A stretch of 64,000 nt of DNA, from the NCBI GenBank assembly GCA_022844135.1, contig JALHMG010000001.1, positions 31,021-95,020 on the forward strand. The letters are read 5' to 3'. The notes under the pieces were generated by a model that was not told the origin of the DNA, made no database searches, and saw nothing but the letters and a program-made list of their open reading frames with translations. The position numbers and the translations under genes were made by a program. Shown one piece after another: positions 1 through 10,191 of the stretch. Origin of the DNA: Lysobacterales bacterium (GTDB taxonomy: Bacteria; Pseudomonadota; Gammaproteobacteria; Xanthomonadales; SZUA-5). Each line of letters starts with the position of its first letter. The stretch's first letter is position 1.

Positions 1-6
1 GACTGG

Positions 7-438
7 GTGATCGTGAAGAACATTCGCTTGCCGATGCTTCCGGGCGAGGCCTTCCGATGGTTTGCCGAGCAAGCCAGACTGGAGTCGTGGTTGTGCTTGC
101 GAGCTGTGGTCGGTAACGCCGTTGGCGAGCCTTACGAGCTGTTCTGGGATTTGGCTAATCCAGAGGACGACAGCACCATCGGTTGCCGAATGACCGCTCT
201 CGCGCCGCCTTTTCTGCTTGCCTTCCAATGGCGCAGTCCGAAGCAGTTCAAGTCGTTCGCCAATGTGGCCGATCCGCTTACCCACGTGGTTGTCAGCTTT
301 CATGAGATCGAGGCAGGCACCTCGATTACGCTGATTCATAGCGGTTGGCGCGCTACCGATGAGTGGCGCCAGGCCGCAGCGTGGCAGGATAAGGCCTGGG
401 ATTTTGCGTTCCGTGCGCTGACCGCTCGCGCAGCATGA
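7..438 (+). CDS. SRPBCC/AHSA1-like domain protein (may start upstream of the window)
   Basis: 143-aa ORF with typical SRPBCC pattern (…LESW…, G..Y.L.W, T.V.V.F….GT.I.L.HSGW, final W..A..AL helix). The frame is open to position 1. Confidence 0.75.
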   Translation: MIVKNIRLPMLPGEAFRWFAEQARLESWLCLRAVVGNAVGEPYELFWDLANPEDDSTIGCRMTALAPPFLLAFQWRSPKQFKSFANVADPLTHVVVSFHEIEAGTSITLIHSGWRATDEWRQAAAWQDKAWDFAFRALTARAA

Positions 439-541
439 GCGGGTAACGAGTCGATTCTGTCTAACCGCGGGCCATCGGCAGCGTCGATCCACTCTGCATA
501 CTCGCCAATGCCGGGTTGATCGACGCCAACCAATTCGTACC

Positions 542-571
542 GGCTGGGCCGAGCTTGCGCTCGGCCCAGCC
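542..571. terminator. Perfect 13-bp stem hairpin between convergent genes
   Basis: GGCTGGGCCGAGC-TTGC-GCTCGGCCCAGCC, 7 nt past the S8 stop codon. No clear U-tract. Confidence 0.6.
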
Positions 572-577
572 ATCGCT

Positions 578-3500
578 TCAGCCGCCTGGAACAACCCGAC
601 GTCGCGAGATGTTCGTCGTTGCGTTCGCCTGATTGTTGCCGGCGTTGCCATCGTTGCTTGCCGCGGCAGTCACGGTAGCGTTCAGCGTACCGGTTGCGGT
701 GGCGGGCACGCGCACAACAATCGTCGCGATCCGGTTCGCACCGGAGGGCGTCGCACCGGCCCAGGTGCAGACCACCGGCAAGCCGCTGCACGAGCCGCCA
801 TTGTCCGCGGTCGCGGAAATCAATGTGGTCGTGCCCGGCAGTGGCAGCGAAACGCTGGCGTTGTTGGCGCTGCCGGGACCATTGCTGGTCAACGTCGCCA
901 CGTAGGTCAACGAACCGCCGGGCGCGACCGGATCCGGCGCGTCGGTCAGCGTCACACTGACATCGCCGCCGCCCGGCGCCGCCGCCACCTCATGCGGTTC
1001 GGTGTCGTTGCTGCCCAGGAAAGACCCGGACGGCGCATACGTGGCGGTCAGCGTCAGATTGCCGACGGTATTGCTGGTCAGATTGCACGAGGCTGTGCTC
1101 GTCGGCGCCGGGCCGGCAACCAGCACCACCGGACCGCAGCTGCTCGTGCCATCGCTGATCGTCACGCTGCCCGTTGGCGACGCGCTGGCGCTCGCCACCG
1201 TGACGCTGACCGTGTACGCCTGTCCTGGCGCCGATGGATCTGGTGTGTCGCTGGTGATGGTCGTTGTCGTTGCGATGGCGTTGTCGTCATTGAGAATGGT
1301 TCCGATGCCATCGGGATCCGATAGCGCCACGCCGCCAGTGATCGCACTCAGCTGTGCGAACACCGTTTCGTTGGTCTCAACGTCGGTATCGCCGTTCACG
1401 GACACCGTAAAGCTCTGAGTGGTCTGAACGCCGCTGAAGGTCAACGTCGTCGGACCAACGGCTGTGAAGTCGACCGGCGCCGTAGCGGTGCCGCCAGCGA
1501 TCGTCTGCGCGCTGACCGACTGTGTGAGCAGGGGATTGCTGCGCGTCACCGTGTAGGTCATCGACGTAGTGCTGCTGTTGCCTTCGCTGACGCTCACATC
1601 ATTGATCGACATCGTTGTGCCCTGGCATCCCAACACGCACGTGCGCCCGGACGATATCTGAATGGAATCGACGAACCAGCCGGTCGCATTGACCAGGTTA
1701 TCCGTTCCAAAGCGCCAGCGCAGCACGATGTTCTGGCCGTTGGCGCTGAGGGGCAGCGTGACCTGCACCGTGCCGAATGCGGCCTGTGTGCCCGTCCAGG
1801 CCGAGCGCCCTGCGAGCGGATTGGTCGTTGAGAGATCCGCTCTCAGCGTATTGGTGTAGCCGCCGGCAACGAAAGTACCGCCCGACGTGATGATGTCAGC
1901 GAAAGCGCCACCGCCGATGGAGATCTCTAACACGCCACCATCGAATCGATTCTCAGCCAAGAAGCGGTGGCGGAACACGAGCACCGATGCAGTCGGCCCG
2001 GCCGGAATGGCGACCGATGGCGAGTCGATCCGACTGTCGGAGGGCGTCGCGGGATTCGGCGTAAAGATCTTGTTGGTTCCGCTGTCGCTGGGCAGCGTAG
2101 TTGTCGTCGTCCAGGTCGGGCCGCTGCCGAGCGGCAGCGACGCGGTCCAGCCAGCCGGCAAGGCCGGGGCAACCACCCCGTCGAAGTTCTCAGCCAACGG
2201 AATGTTGGCTACGCCTGTGATCTGGGTGTTCAAGCTCTGATCCTGATTCACGACGGCGCCACCATCGTTCATGCGCACGATCGGCGTGAAGCTGTTGCCG
2301 CAGACCAGGGCTGGATCCACGCGCAGACCGTGCGCACGAGCAACAGAAGCACCACCGGCGACGAGCGTGCCGTAGTTGACGGGCGTGCCCGAGGCCAGCG
2401 TGACGCCGCTCTGGTTCAGCAGTTGCACGTTCAGGTTGCCGGTGTTGGCCGTACCAATGTTTTGCAGCGCAATGCTGACTTCAAGGGTCTCGCCCGGATC
2501 GGGCGCCGTGCCGTTGGCAGGACAGGTTCCGCCGACGATCGTGGCCGTTCCCTGGATCACCGGCAACGACGCGGTCGCGCCGTTGTAGACGACCAGCGCA
2601 AAGTCCTGGTCCGTCGGGTCGGCGGCGCCGTCGTTCGGAATGCCATTCGCGGTGATGTTGGTGGCCCTGACGGTGACCAAAAATGGCGTACCAACCGGAA
2701 AGCCGGCCGGCAGGAAGACGCTTTCGAGGTTGTTAGCGATATCAGCCGAACCGCCAGGCACCGACAGTGCGCCCGAAAAAACGTTGCCTCGATAGGTTTG
2801 GCCAGCGATCGTAACCGTCAGATCCAAATTGTTGCTGAAGCTGTTTCCAGTGGTCGCACCCGGTGCGTCGGTCCACGCCAACGACACGCGGAACGGCCGC
2901 GATGCGTCGCTGACACTGCCGGTGAACACTCGCAATTCGCCCGTGTTGGCAAACGCTTGCGCTGCCACCTGGTCGCGAATGATGCGCGGCGTGGTGTCGA
3001 ATGCCCGGCCGAGATCCATCAGGCCCATGCCTTGGTTATTCGAGTACAAGTTGTCGTTCGCGCTCACCCCGGTCATGTAGCGCGTGGTATTGGTCAAATA
3101 GGCCTTGACCATTGCCGGGCTCGGCGGTTGGGCGCCGGCCGGCAGACGATCGGACAGGTACGTCGGGTTGTTGAGGAACTGCTGGTACACCAGCGACGCG
3201 CCGCCAGCGACGGCGGGTGTGGAGTGGCTGGTGCCCGAGGAGGCCGTGTAGAACTGCTGGCCCAGCGGCCAGAAATCGCTGGCGCCAGGGCCGGCACAAA
3301 CCCCGCTCGCGTCGAAACAGGCGGCTGCCGCGCCGTTGCCGGCATCGGAGTGCGTCGCTTGAAAGACGCCGCCGGAGACATGCGTACCGGGCGCGACGAT
3401 GTCCGGCTTGACACGACCGTCGTCGGTCGGGCCGCGCGAGCTGAAAGCGATAATGTCGTTGAGGTTATCGGCGCCGCTGTCCGTGGTGCCGCATTGGTCC

Positions 3501-5242
3501 GCGGCGCCAAAGGGATGGACGTTCTCGGACGCGCCCACCGTGATCACGTTTTTGGCCGTTCCCGGGGCGCCCATCGTATCAACGCCGGGTCCGCTGTTGC
3601 CGGCCGCAAACAGCACCACCATTTGTTGGTTTCCGGCGTTGGCGAAGGTGCTTCCGGTGGGTTGGGCGTCGCGCGTGAGCGCGTCGAAGGTTTGCGATGT
3701 TGTGGTGTAGGCGCCGTTAGCGGCGGAACCCCAACTGTTGCTGCTCAGCCGCATCTGATCGTTGTAAGCGCGCGATTGCAGATTCGGCAGATTGGGGTTC
3801 GTGAAGGTACTGGGATCGAAAATCACGCTGCTGCCGATCCGATTGATGAACGGGTTGACGCCCAATCCATAGCGGAAACCTTGTGCGTCGGCATGCGGTG
3901 CCGCGGTTCGCGATCCGGTGTGGCCGCCGATGATGTGCGCGTTGAGATTGCCGTGGCCATCGCATCCTTGCAGCGTCGAACCCACGTTCGCCGTGCCTTC
4001 GAGGCGATTGTAGACAACGCGGCTGGTGCCGCCGATCGCGCCGGCGAGTCGCAGCCCAAAGTGGTTCGGTGTGGTGGTGGCGTTGTCGATGCCGCTGTCC
4101 GAGACATCGACGCCGAAGTTGGACGTGGTGAACTGCGCCTGGTTGAAGCCCCAGGTAGAGAGCAAACTGAAGTAGTCGCCTGGCGTTGGGCCGTTACCAG
4201 TGATATTGCCGGCGACGATCATGTTCTGGCGTTCGTCGAGTTTGGTGGGCGCGATGTACGGCTCGACCACCACCACGTCCGGGCGCGCAGCGATCTCGCG
4301 CAGACTGTCGACCGACAGCGGCAGTGTGATGTTGGTGAAGTCGAGAATTTCGTACTCGTTGATGACCCGTCCGTTGGAATTGCTCGACAGCAGCGCCCGC
4401 GTCTGCGAATTCATCGGCGAGTTGGTCAGGATTTGAATCGTGTAGATGCCGGTCGGTGCCGGCACGCCTGGACGCAGAGATTTCAGATGCTCGACCGCGC
4501 CCAGCGTCAGCTTGTCTTCGATCAGGACGGGACCTTGCCACTGCACGTAGCTAGCTTCGCGGGCGAAACGCTGCACGCGCGCCAATTCCTTGGCGTCGCC
4601 CGAGAGCACATAGGCATTGCTTGGCAGGTAGTTGACGATGCGCGCGCCGGTCGCCTGCATGGCGGCATACCACTCGTCCTTGATCGGACCGGCGAATTGG
4701 ACGATCCATTGGCCGGTTTCGCTGACTTGGTTGGCGCTTGCCTTCGCGCTCGCGTCGGTGGTGTCGATCAGGCGCTGGCCGATCTGGATCAAGTTCTGGT
4801 AGTCGAGATATTCAGGCTCCGCGGCGCTCAGCGATTTCAGTGCCGACAGTTGCTGCGCTTCAGCGTCGACCACCTGAAAGCTGTCGTAGTCGAATATGCG
4901 ATCGATGCCGATGCGCTTGAGCGCACTGTGGCTGGCGCCGCGCAACAGGACCTTATGCCGCCCGCTGCTGCTCCGGTAGTCGCTTCGAATCGCCAAGTCG
5001 GGGCTCGGTACCGTTTTGCCTTCGACAGTCTGGTTGCCGCCTTTCGGCAAGCCCATTTTCATCGCGCCCGCGCTCGGCGGGCAGCTCAGGATGCGCTGTG
5101 CCAGTTCGGCGCCGAACAGCGGCGGCTGGCTGGAGATCGACAGCGCTCTGGCCAGCGGATTCAGTTTCTCGTCGTGGTCGACTTGCGCAAGCGCCCATGA
5201 CGGGCACAGCACAGAGATCGCAGCTAAGGCAACAATTCGCAT
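578..5242 (-). CDS. Secreted S8 (subtilisin-like) serine peptidase with C-terminal Calx-beta, Ig-like and DUF11-like domains
   Basis: Signal peptide MRIVALAAISVLCPSWALAQ with GGGGGA RBS. Catalytic motifs DVSDSGID, GHGNLNAH, FAAGNSG, SGTSHSTP; SSRGPTDDGRVKPDIVAPG. Calx-beta-like 'SINDVSVSEGNS…DTDVETNETV' and DUF11-like 'DVSVTLTDAPDPVAPGGSLTY'. Confidence 0.92.
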   Translation of the reverse strand: MRIVALAAISVLCPSWALAQVDHDEKLNPLARALSISSQPPLFGAELAQRILSCPPSAGAMKMGLPKGGNQTVEGKTVPSPDLAIRSDYRSSSGRHKVLLRGASHSALKRIGIDRIFDYDSFQVVDAEAQQLSALKSLSAAEPEYLDYQNLIQIGQRLIDTTDASAKASANQVSETGQWIVQFAGPIKDEWYAAMQATGARIVNYLPSNAYVLSGDAKELARVQRFAREASYVQWQGPVLIEDKLTLGAVEHLKSLRPGVPAPTGIYTIQILTNSPMNSQTRALLSSNSNGRVINEYEILDFTNITLPLSVDSLREIAARPDVVVVEPYIAPTKLDERQNMIVAGNITGNGPTPGDYFSLLSTWGFNQAQFTTSNFGVDVSDSGIDNATTTPNHFGLRLAGAIGGTSRVVYNRLEGTANVGSTLQGCDGHGNLNAHIIGGHTGSRTAAPHADAQGFRYGLGVNPFINRIGSSVIFDPSTFTNPNLPNLQSRAYNDQMRLSSNSWGSAANGAYTTTSQTFDALTRDAQPTGSTFANAGNQQMVVLFAAGNSGPGVDTMGAPGTAKNVITVGASENVHPFGAADQCGTTDSGADNLNDIIAFSSRGPTDDGRVKPDIVAPGTHVSGGVFQATHSDAGNGAAAACFDASGVCAGPGASDFWPLGQQFYTASSGTSHSTPAVAGGASLVYQQFLNNPTYLSDRLPAGAQPPSPAMVKAYLTNTTRYMTGVSANDNLYSNNQGMGLMDLGRAFDTTPRIIRDQVAAQAFANTGELRVFTGSVSDASRPFRVSLAWTDAPGATTGNSFSNNLDLTVTIAGQTYRGNVFSGALSVPGGSADIANNLESVFLPAGFPVGTPFLVTVRATNITANGIPNDGAADPTDQDFALVVYNGATASLPVIQGTATIVGGTCPANGTAPDPGETLEVSIALQNIGTANTGNLNVQLLNQSGVTLASGTPVNYGTLVAGGASVARAHGLRVDPALVCGNSFTPIVRMNDGGAVVNQDQSLNTQITGVANIPLAENFDGVVAPALPAGWTASLPLGSGPTWTTTTTLPSDSGTNKIFTPNPATPSDSRIDSPSVAIPAGPTASVLVFRHRFLAENRFDGGVLEISIGGGAFADIITSGGTFVAGGYTNTLRADLSTTNPLAGRSAWTGTQAAFGTVQVTLPLSANGQNIVLRWRFGTDNLVNATGWFVDSIQISSGRTCVLGCQGTTMSINDVSVSEGNSSTTSMTYTVTRSNPLLTQSVSAQTIAGGTATAPVDFTAVGPTTLTFSGVQTTQSFTVSVNGDTDVETNETVFAQLSAITGGVALSDPDGIGTILNDDNAIATTTTITSDTPDPSAPGQAYTVSVTVASASASPTGSVTISDGTSSCGPVVLVAGPAPTSTASCNLTSNTVGNLTLTATYAPSGSFLGSNDTEPHEVAAAPGGGDVSVTLTDAPDPVAPGGSLTYVATLTSNGPGSANNASVSLPLPGTTTLISATADNGGSCSGLPVVCTWAGATPSGANRIATIVVRVPATATGTLNATVTAAASNDGNAGNNQANATTNISRRRVVPGG

Positions 5243-5465
5243 AATTCCCCCAATCAATGAAATCGAATCTGCAGCGCACGAAAGTGCAGCGCTCTGAGCA
5301 ACCTCTCGCGCAGTCGGATCATATTCCGCGCAGAGCCCAGGGTGTCCATCGCTCTGCGGTTTGCAGCAAAATTTACGCCGCTACGCTTGATTTTCTGCCG
5401 CTTGCGGCCGCGGCGTAGGCTTGCGTGGGTGAAAAAGCACGATGCAATGCCAAGATACCGGCAGA

Positions 5466-6443
5466 TTAAAGTGCCACGAGCGCCTTGCCGATATTCTCGC
5501 CGCGCATCAGTCTGGCGAAGGCTGCAGGCGTGGACTCGATGCCCTGGGCGATGTCTTCCAGGTACTTGAGCTCGCCGGCTTTCACCAGTGGCACCAGCTC
5601 GTCGAGCATCGCGGGCAGGCGATGGAAATGGTCGTAGACCACGAGGCCGGTCAGCGTAGCGCGGGCGGCGATGACGGGGCCTAGATTGGGGCCGGGTGGG
5701 CGCTCGGCTTTGTTGTATTGATCGATCAAACCGCACAACGCGACGCGGGCGTGCAGGTTCAGGTGTCCGAGTGCGGCTTCGAGCACGCGGCCGCCGACGT
5801 TGTCGAAATAAGCGTCGATGCGGTTCGGGCAGGCGCGGTGCAGGGCGGCGACGAAGTCCTCACTGCGATAGTCGATGCAGTCATCAAAGCCAAGTACGCT
5901 CAGCGCCAACTCGCATTTCCTCGCCCCGCCGGCGATGCCGACGACGCGCGCGCCAGCGCGCTTGGCGAGTTGCCCGACTGTGCTGCCCACCGGACCGAGT
6001 GGGGCGGATACGACAATCGTTTGCCCAGCGCCGGGCTGGAGGATGTCGTTGACGCCAGCGTAAGCTGTGAGCCCGGGCATGCCGAGTACGCCGAGCGCGG
6101 TACTCGGCGCAACGCCGCTCGGCAACTTACGCACCTGACCGACGGGAATGATTGCGTCCTCGCGCCAGCCGAACTCCCCTTGCACCCAATCGCCCGGCGC
6201 GAAGTCGAGCGAAGTCGATTCGACAACCTCGCCAACACCGCCGCCCGGCACGATGTCGCCTGGCGCCATCGAATGGCCGACATGGCGGCCGCTCATTACG
6301 CTGCGCAGATAGGGGTCGAGCGACAGGAATCGCACACGGACGCGTACGCCGTCGCCACCCGTGGCCGCGGGCGCCGCGACCACCGCGAAATCGTCGCTGC
6401 AGGGAATGCCGTCGGGAAAGCGCTTGAGGACAACGGCCCGCAT
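5466..6443 (-). CDS. NADP-dependent oxidoreductase (MDR, prostaglandin reductase/CurA-like)
   Basis: LSLDPYLR, LGVLGMPGLTAY, GPVGSTVGQLAK, YFDNVGG, ENIGKALV motifs. Confidence 0.92.
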   Translation of the reverse strand: MRAVVLKRFPDGIPCSDDFAVVAAPAATGGDGVRVRVRFLSLDPYLRSVMSGRHVGHSMAPGDIVPGGGVGEVVESTSLDFAPGDWVQGEFGWREDAIIPVGQVRKLPSGVAPSTALGVLGMPGLTAYAGVNDILQPGAGQTIVVSAPLGPVGSTVGQLAKRAGARVVGIAGGARKCELALSVLGFDDCIDYRSEDFVAALHRACPNRIDAYFDNVGGRVLEAALGHLNLHARVALCGLIDQYNKAERPPGPNLGPVIAARATLTGLVVYDHFHRLPAMLDELVPLVKAGELKYLEDIAQGIESTPAAFARLMRGENIGKALVAL

Positions 6444-6458
6444 CTGCGCTGCGCCCGG

Positions 6459-6938
6459 TTACAGGGCGCCCAGGACGTGATCGGCGCTCGACACTTTGAA
6501 CTCGCCCGGCGCTTCGACGAAGAGGTGTGTGACCACGCCATCTTTGGCAATCAGCGCGAAGCGCTGGCTGCGCGTGCCCATGCCGAATTTACTGGCATCG
6601 AGTTCCAGGCCCAGGGCTTTGGCGTACACCGCGTTGCCGTCGGCCAGCATGTACACCTCATCCGGCACAGTCTGGCTCTTGCGCCAGGCGTCCATGACGA
6701 ACGCATCGTTCACCGACAAACACACGATCGCATCTACACCTTTAGCTTTCAGCGCATCGAGCTGATCGACGTAGCCCGGCAAGTGGCGCGCGGAGCAAGT
6801 CGGAGTGAAGGCGCCGGGTACGGCAAACATCACCACCGTTTTGCCAGCGAAAAGCTCGTCGGTGTTGATTTGCTGCACGCCATCTTTCAGATACGCCAGG
6901 GTGCCGGAGGGCAGGCGGTCGCCAACTTGAATGGTCAT
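6459..6938 (-). CDS. Peroxiredoxin (Prx5/Redoxin type)
   Basis: VPGAFTPTCSARHLPGY, VNDAFVM..W, RSQRFA motifs. Confidence 0.95.
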   Translation of the reverse strand: MTIQVGDRLPSGTLAYLKDGVQQINTDELFAGKTVVMFAVPGAFTPTCSARHLPGYVDQLDALKAKGVDAIVCLSVNDAFVMDAWRKSQTVPDEVYMLADGNAVYAKALGLELDASKFGMGTRSQRFALIAKDGVVTHLFVEAPGEFKVSSADHVLGAL

Positions 6939-7113
6939 GGGGGTTTCCTGTGCTTGAGGGGTGGATTGTGGTTTGAGAATGGTCTAAAGGTTGTCGTGCC
7001 GGAGACGCAATCTTCGGGCTGCGCGTCTGTGTTGGAGCTTCGCGTGCCAGCGTCCGAGCGTGAACCGCGAGAGACTCAACACGCGAAGCGCTGCGACTGG
7101 GGAGAAGGCGAAC

Positions 7114-7653
7114 TTATTGCCCCTTGAACCAGCCGAGGATGCGCGACCACAGGCTGCGCTTGGGCGCAGGCGGGGCGCCCAGCAAATTCCCGGCGTGACG
7201 CCCAACATCCGCCGAACGCGGCGCGGGTTTGGATGCGCTGCCGCCAGCGCCGAGCAGGTCGGCGGCGGTGCGCGAAACGCGCGCCGAGGGCGAGGAGGGT
7301 GTGGCCGCCGCCACGTCGCCGCGCAGCGCGGCGTCAAGATCGCTGGCGATATGGAACAGCTTGGAGAAACCTGAGAGATCGAAGACCTGGCGCACGGTGC
7401 TGCTCATGCCCGAAAGCCGCAGCACTCCGCCGGAGGTGTCGTCGGTTTGCTTGGCGAGCGCCAGCAGTACACGCAAGCCCGCCGAACTCACGTAGCTGAT
7501 CTCCGACAGATCGACGATGAAGCGCTTGTCGCCGGCTTCGGTCAGATCGTGCGCGGCCAGCTCGAAATCGGCGCTGGTTTCGGTGTCGAGCCGGCCCTTT
7601 AGCCGCAACACGCGAAAATCGCTGATGGTTTCATTGCCGATCTCAAGCGCCAT
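7114..7653 (-). CDS. STAS-domain anti-sigma-factor antagonist with C-terminal extension
   Basis: GRLD…, DLSEISYVSSAGLRVLL (phospho-Ser motif), VRQVFDLSGF. Confidence 0.9.
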   Translation of the reverse strand: MALEIGNETISDFRVLRLKGRLDTETSADFELAAHDLTEAGDKRFIVDLSEISYVSSAGLRVLLALAKQTDDTSGGVLRLSGMSSTVRQVFDLSGFSKLFHIASDLDAALRGDVAAATPSSPSARVSRTAADLLGAGGSASKPAPRSADVGRHAGNLLGAPPAPKRSLWSRILGWFKGQ

Positions 7654-7685
7654 GGTGTCCTCAAGAAAATGCCGATTGCTTTACG

Positions 7686-8696
7686 CTACATCAAGCGGAA
7701 ACCGAACTGTGCAGGTCCTACACTCAGAGTGTCGCCGTCGACGAGCACGCGCTCGCTGATGGCCTCGCCGTTGACCTTCACGACCTTGGAGCCAGCCAGA
7801 TCGCGTACCTGGAAACCGGCCCGCGTCATGCTGATCTCGACATGCTTCTTGGAGATTCCAGAGGCTGTGAGCTGCACATCGCACGCCGCGTCGGCGCCGA
7901 TGCTAACCGGCCTTAGCCCTAGCGTTTGCACTACCGACCCGGCATCGCCATTGCGCGGCTCCAATCGCCCCTGGCGAAACACCACGGTGGCGTCCGGATT
8001 GCGGGCTTTGGTTGGCTTGGGTGTCGGGGCTGGCATTGCCATGGTCTGTGCCGGCGCTTGCGGCGGCAGTGCGCCAGTCGGCACGGTCGAGAGCGGCGGC
8101 GGCGTCGGCGGCACGGGCGCAGCAACGATGGTAGCGGAGTAGTCGCCCGCCGGCGGTGACGCCACCGGCACCGCGATCACCGTGGCCGAGTGTCCGTCGG
8201 GCGGCGCCATCGCCGTCATGCGTGCGGTATCGCCGTCGTCGATGTCGAGTTCGGCTTCGCTGCTCACGACAGCCAGAAAGCGCGCTTTCAGCGCCAACGC
8301 TTTTTCGCGCCGCGTACCTTGTGCGCCGAGTCGCTCGGCGACCGCCGCCAGGCGCTCTTTCAGACCGCTCGCGTCGAACTCGCCGAGGCTGTGACGGAAC
8401 TCGATTTCCTCGCGATCGATGGCCGCGGTGGCCACAGCGGCATCCAGATGCTCAAGTTCTGCTTTCAGCGAGCGATACACCTCGCCGGCCTTCAGTTTGA
8501 GCGGCGTGGCTTGCTGCGCGAGTTCGTCGAAGCGACGTCGATAGTCGTCGTGCACGCGCGCAAAAACCTCGGGCGAGACCTGATCGCGACGCTGGGCCAT
8601 CGTCTTGAGCCGCTCGCTGAGTTGGTCCTGCTCGGTTTTCAGCGTCGACAAGGCATCGACAGCCGATAGGTCCAGAGTCTCGAGATCCAACGCCAT
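7686..8696 (-). CDS. Coiled-coil + Pro/Ala linker + C-terminal FHA domain protein
   Basis: N-terminal heptad-rich helix; C-terminal SIG…ISKKH…VRDLAG…VKVNG…DGDTLSVG. FHA-like, but it lacks the canonical GR arginine. Confidence 0.75.
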   Translation of the reverse strand: MALDLETLDLSAVDALSTLKTEQDQLSERLKTMAQRRDQVSPEVFARVHDDYRRRFDELAQQATPLKLKAGEVYRSLKAELEHLDAAVATAAIDREEIEFRHSLGEFDASGLKERLAAVAERLGAQGTRREKALALKARFLAVVSSEAELDIDDGDTARMTAMAPPDGHSATVIAVPVASPPAGDYSATIVAAPVPPTPPPLSTVPTGALPPQAPAQTMAMPAPTPKPTKARNPDATVVFRQGRLEPRNGDAGSVVQTLGLRPVSIGADAACDVQLTASGISKKHVEISMTRAGFQVRDLAGSKVVKVNGEAISERVLVDGDTLSVGPAQFGFRLM

Positions 8697-8749
8697 CGTT
8701 TGTCCCCTATGTGATCCGCAGCTTCGAATCGAGCGGGCGGGTTGCCGCG

Positions 8750-9589
8750 CTAGATCGCCTGTACAACCAATTCGACAGAACCAAAGCGCAATTGGTCGCC
8801 CGGCGCCAGCGGTCGCGCCTGCCCGGTGGCGATGCGCTCATTGTTGACGAAGGTGCCGTTGGTGGTACCAACCTCTTCGCGAAGGAAAAAAATGCCGGCC
8901 TCGTTGATGATTTTCGCATGCCGCCGCGACAAGCTGCGCTGCGTATCGAGCGGCCCCAGATTGATTTCCGGCAGCAAGCCGGTCACCGGGTCTGGGCGGC
9001 CGATCAGCATCTCGGGTTTGCCGGTGGCCAAGGCAAACTCGCTGCCGCTGGCCGCATGCACCAGCTTGATCGGCTTGCCGATCGCTGCCGGGTTGATCGG
9101 GGCGATACGTTTGCTCGGCGTTGGCGAGGATTTCGGCGCTTCCGCCTTGATGGTGTCGCGCGGCGTGGGCGCGCTCTTGGGAATGGCGGCGGGACTCGGT
9201 GCGCCGCGGCGCAGCAAATCGAGATCCGACTGGGCCTGCTGCAACAGCTCCTCGGTGCGGCGAAGGCGCGCGACCAGTTTGCGCATGATGCGCACCGCGA
9301 TCTCGAAATTGTCGCGCAACATGCCTGCGAAGGCGGCGCGATCGACTTTCAACAAGCGGGCAGCGGTCGTCGCGCGGACCGCCGCGAATCGCGGCTGGTC
9401 TTCCAGGATGGCCATTTCGCCGAAGAAATCGCCGGCGCCCAGAACCGCTATCGGCTCTCCACCGCGCGCCTCGCGCAGCACTTCGACGGTTCCGGTCTCG
9501 ATGATGTACATATCGGTGCCGATATCGCCCTCGCGGAAAACAAAGGCGTTCGGCGCAATTTCGATGAAAACGGGCTTTGAATCGCTCAT
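8750..9589 (-). CDS. Cyclic-nucleotide-binding domain + FHA domain protein
   Basis: cNMP motifs FREGD..MYIIETG.VEV and GDFFGEMAIL…PRFAAVRA. FHA motifs IGRPD…SRRHA…NGTFVN. Start chosen at the ATG with an AAGGA RBS. Confidence 0.9.
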   Translation of the reverse strand: MSDSKPVFIEIAPNAFVFREGDIGTDMYIIETGTVEVLREARGGEPIAVLGAGDFFGEMAILEDQPRFAAVRATTAARLLKVDRAAFAGMLRDNFEIAVRIMRKLVARLRRTEELLQQAQSDLDLLRRGAPSPAAIPKSAPTPRDTIKAEAPKSSPTPSKRIAPINPAAIGKPIKLVHAASGSEFALATGKPEMLIGRPDPVTGLLPEINLGPLDTQRSLSRRHAKIINEAGIFFLREEVGTTNGTFVNNERIATGQARPLAPGDQLRFGSVELVVQAI

Positions 9590-9720
9590 GCGTAAGTTCC
9601 TTGCCTGGGCCCTCGATTGGCCGTCGGCGATAGCCACGGAGTATGCCGACGCAGCTGCCTAAGCAAAAGCGTTGCTCGTCGCTGCCATACTTGCAATTTC
9701 ATGGAATTGGATGCAGCAGC

Positions 9721-10191
9721 ATGATTCTGGCGAGTTACCGCATTGCGCCATCGCGCATTCCAGGCGCTGGACAGGGCGTGTTCCTGGACGAACGGGTTGC
9801 GGCGGGTCAGATCATCGTAGCTCCGGACGCAATTCCCCGCGTTTATCGCCTTGCCGACATCGAAACGCATCCCGATGCCGCTGAGTTGCTGCCAGCCACG
9901 GTGCGCTGGTTCGAGGAGTGGTACACCGCCACGCCCGAATGGCCGGACGAGTGTTACATCAACCATGCTTTCGAACCCACGGGACTTTGGCACTTGGGGT
10001 TCGTCTTCGCGCGTCGAGCGTTGGCAAGCGGCGAGGAGCTGACCGTCGACTATCGCCACTTGTTGGCGCCCGGACAGCGCGAAGCCTTCGACGACGCACT
10101 CAGCGGCGAACCGATCATCGGTTTGCCATGGAATGACAGCCTGCGGCAAACCAGCGCCGAGCTGCTCGCCCTGATGCAGGCGCGCCTATGA
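9721..10191 (+). CDS. SET-domain protein (putative protein-lysine methyltransferase)
   Basis: SRIPGAGQGVF, YINHAFEP, GEELTVDY SET motifs. Confidence 0.85.
   Translation: MILASYRIAPSRIPGAGQGVFLDERVAAGQIIVAPDAIPRVYRLADIETHPDAAELLPATVRWFEEWYTATPEWPDECYINHAFEPTGLWHLGFVFARRALASGEELTVDYRHLLAPGQREAFDDALSGEPIIGLPWNDSLRQTSAELLALMQARL

Noticed and set aside
571-612. Alternative frame at the S8 C-terminus reading D-V-G-L-F-Q, hinting at a lost 'LFxDGFE' tail
   Set aside because: Needs several independent indels, and neighbouring host genes show no frameshift errors.
1967-5200. 1077-aa plus-strand ORF, and similar long ORFs (5718-7127, 34095-35111, 36843-38279, 54664-55968, 57741-59045)
   Set aside because: Antisense shadows of high-GC genes: Arg/Gly/Ala-rich, no motifs, fully overlapping well-supported genes.
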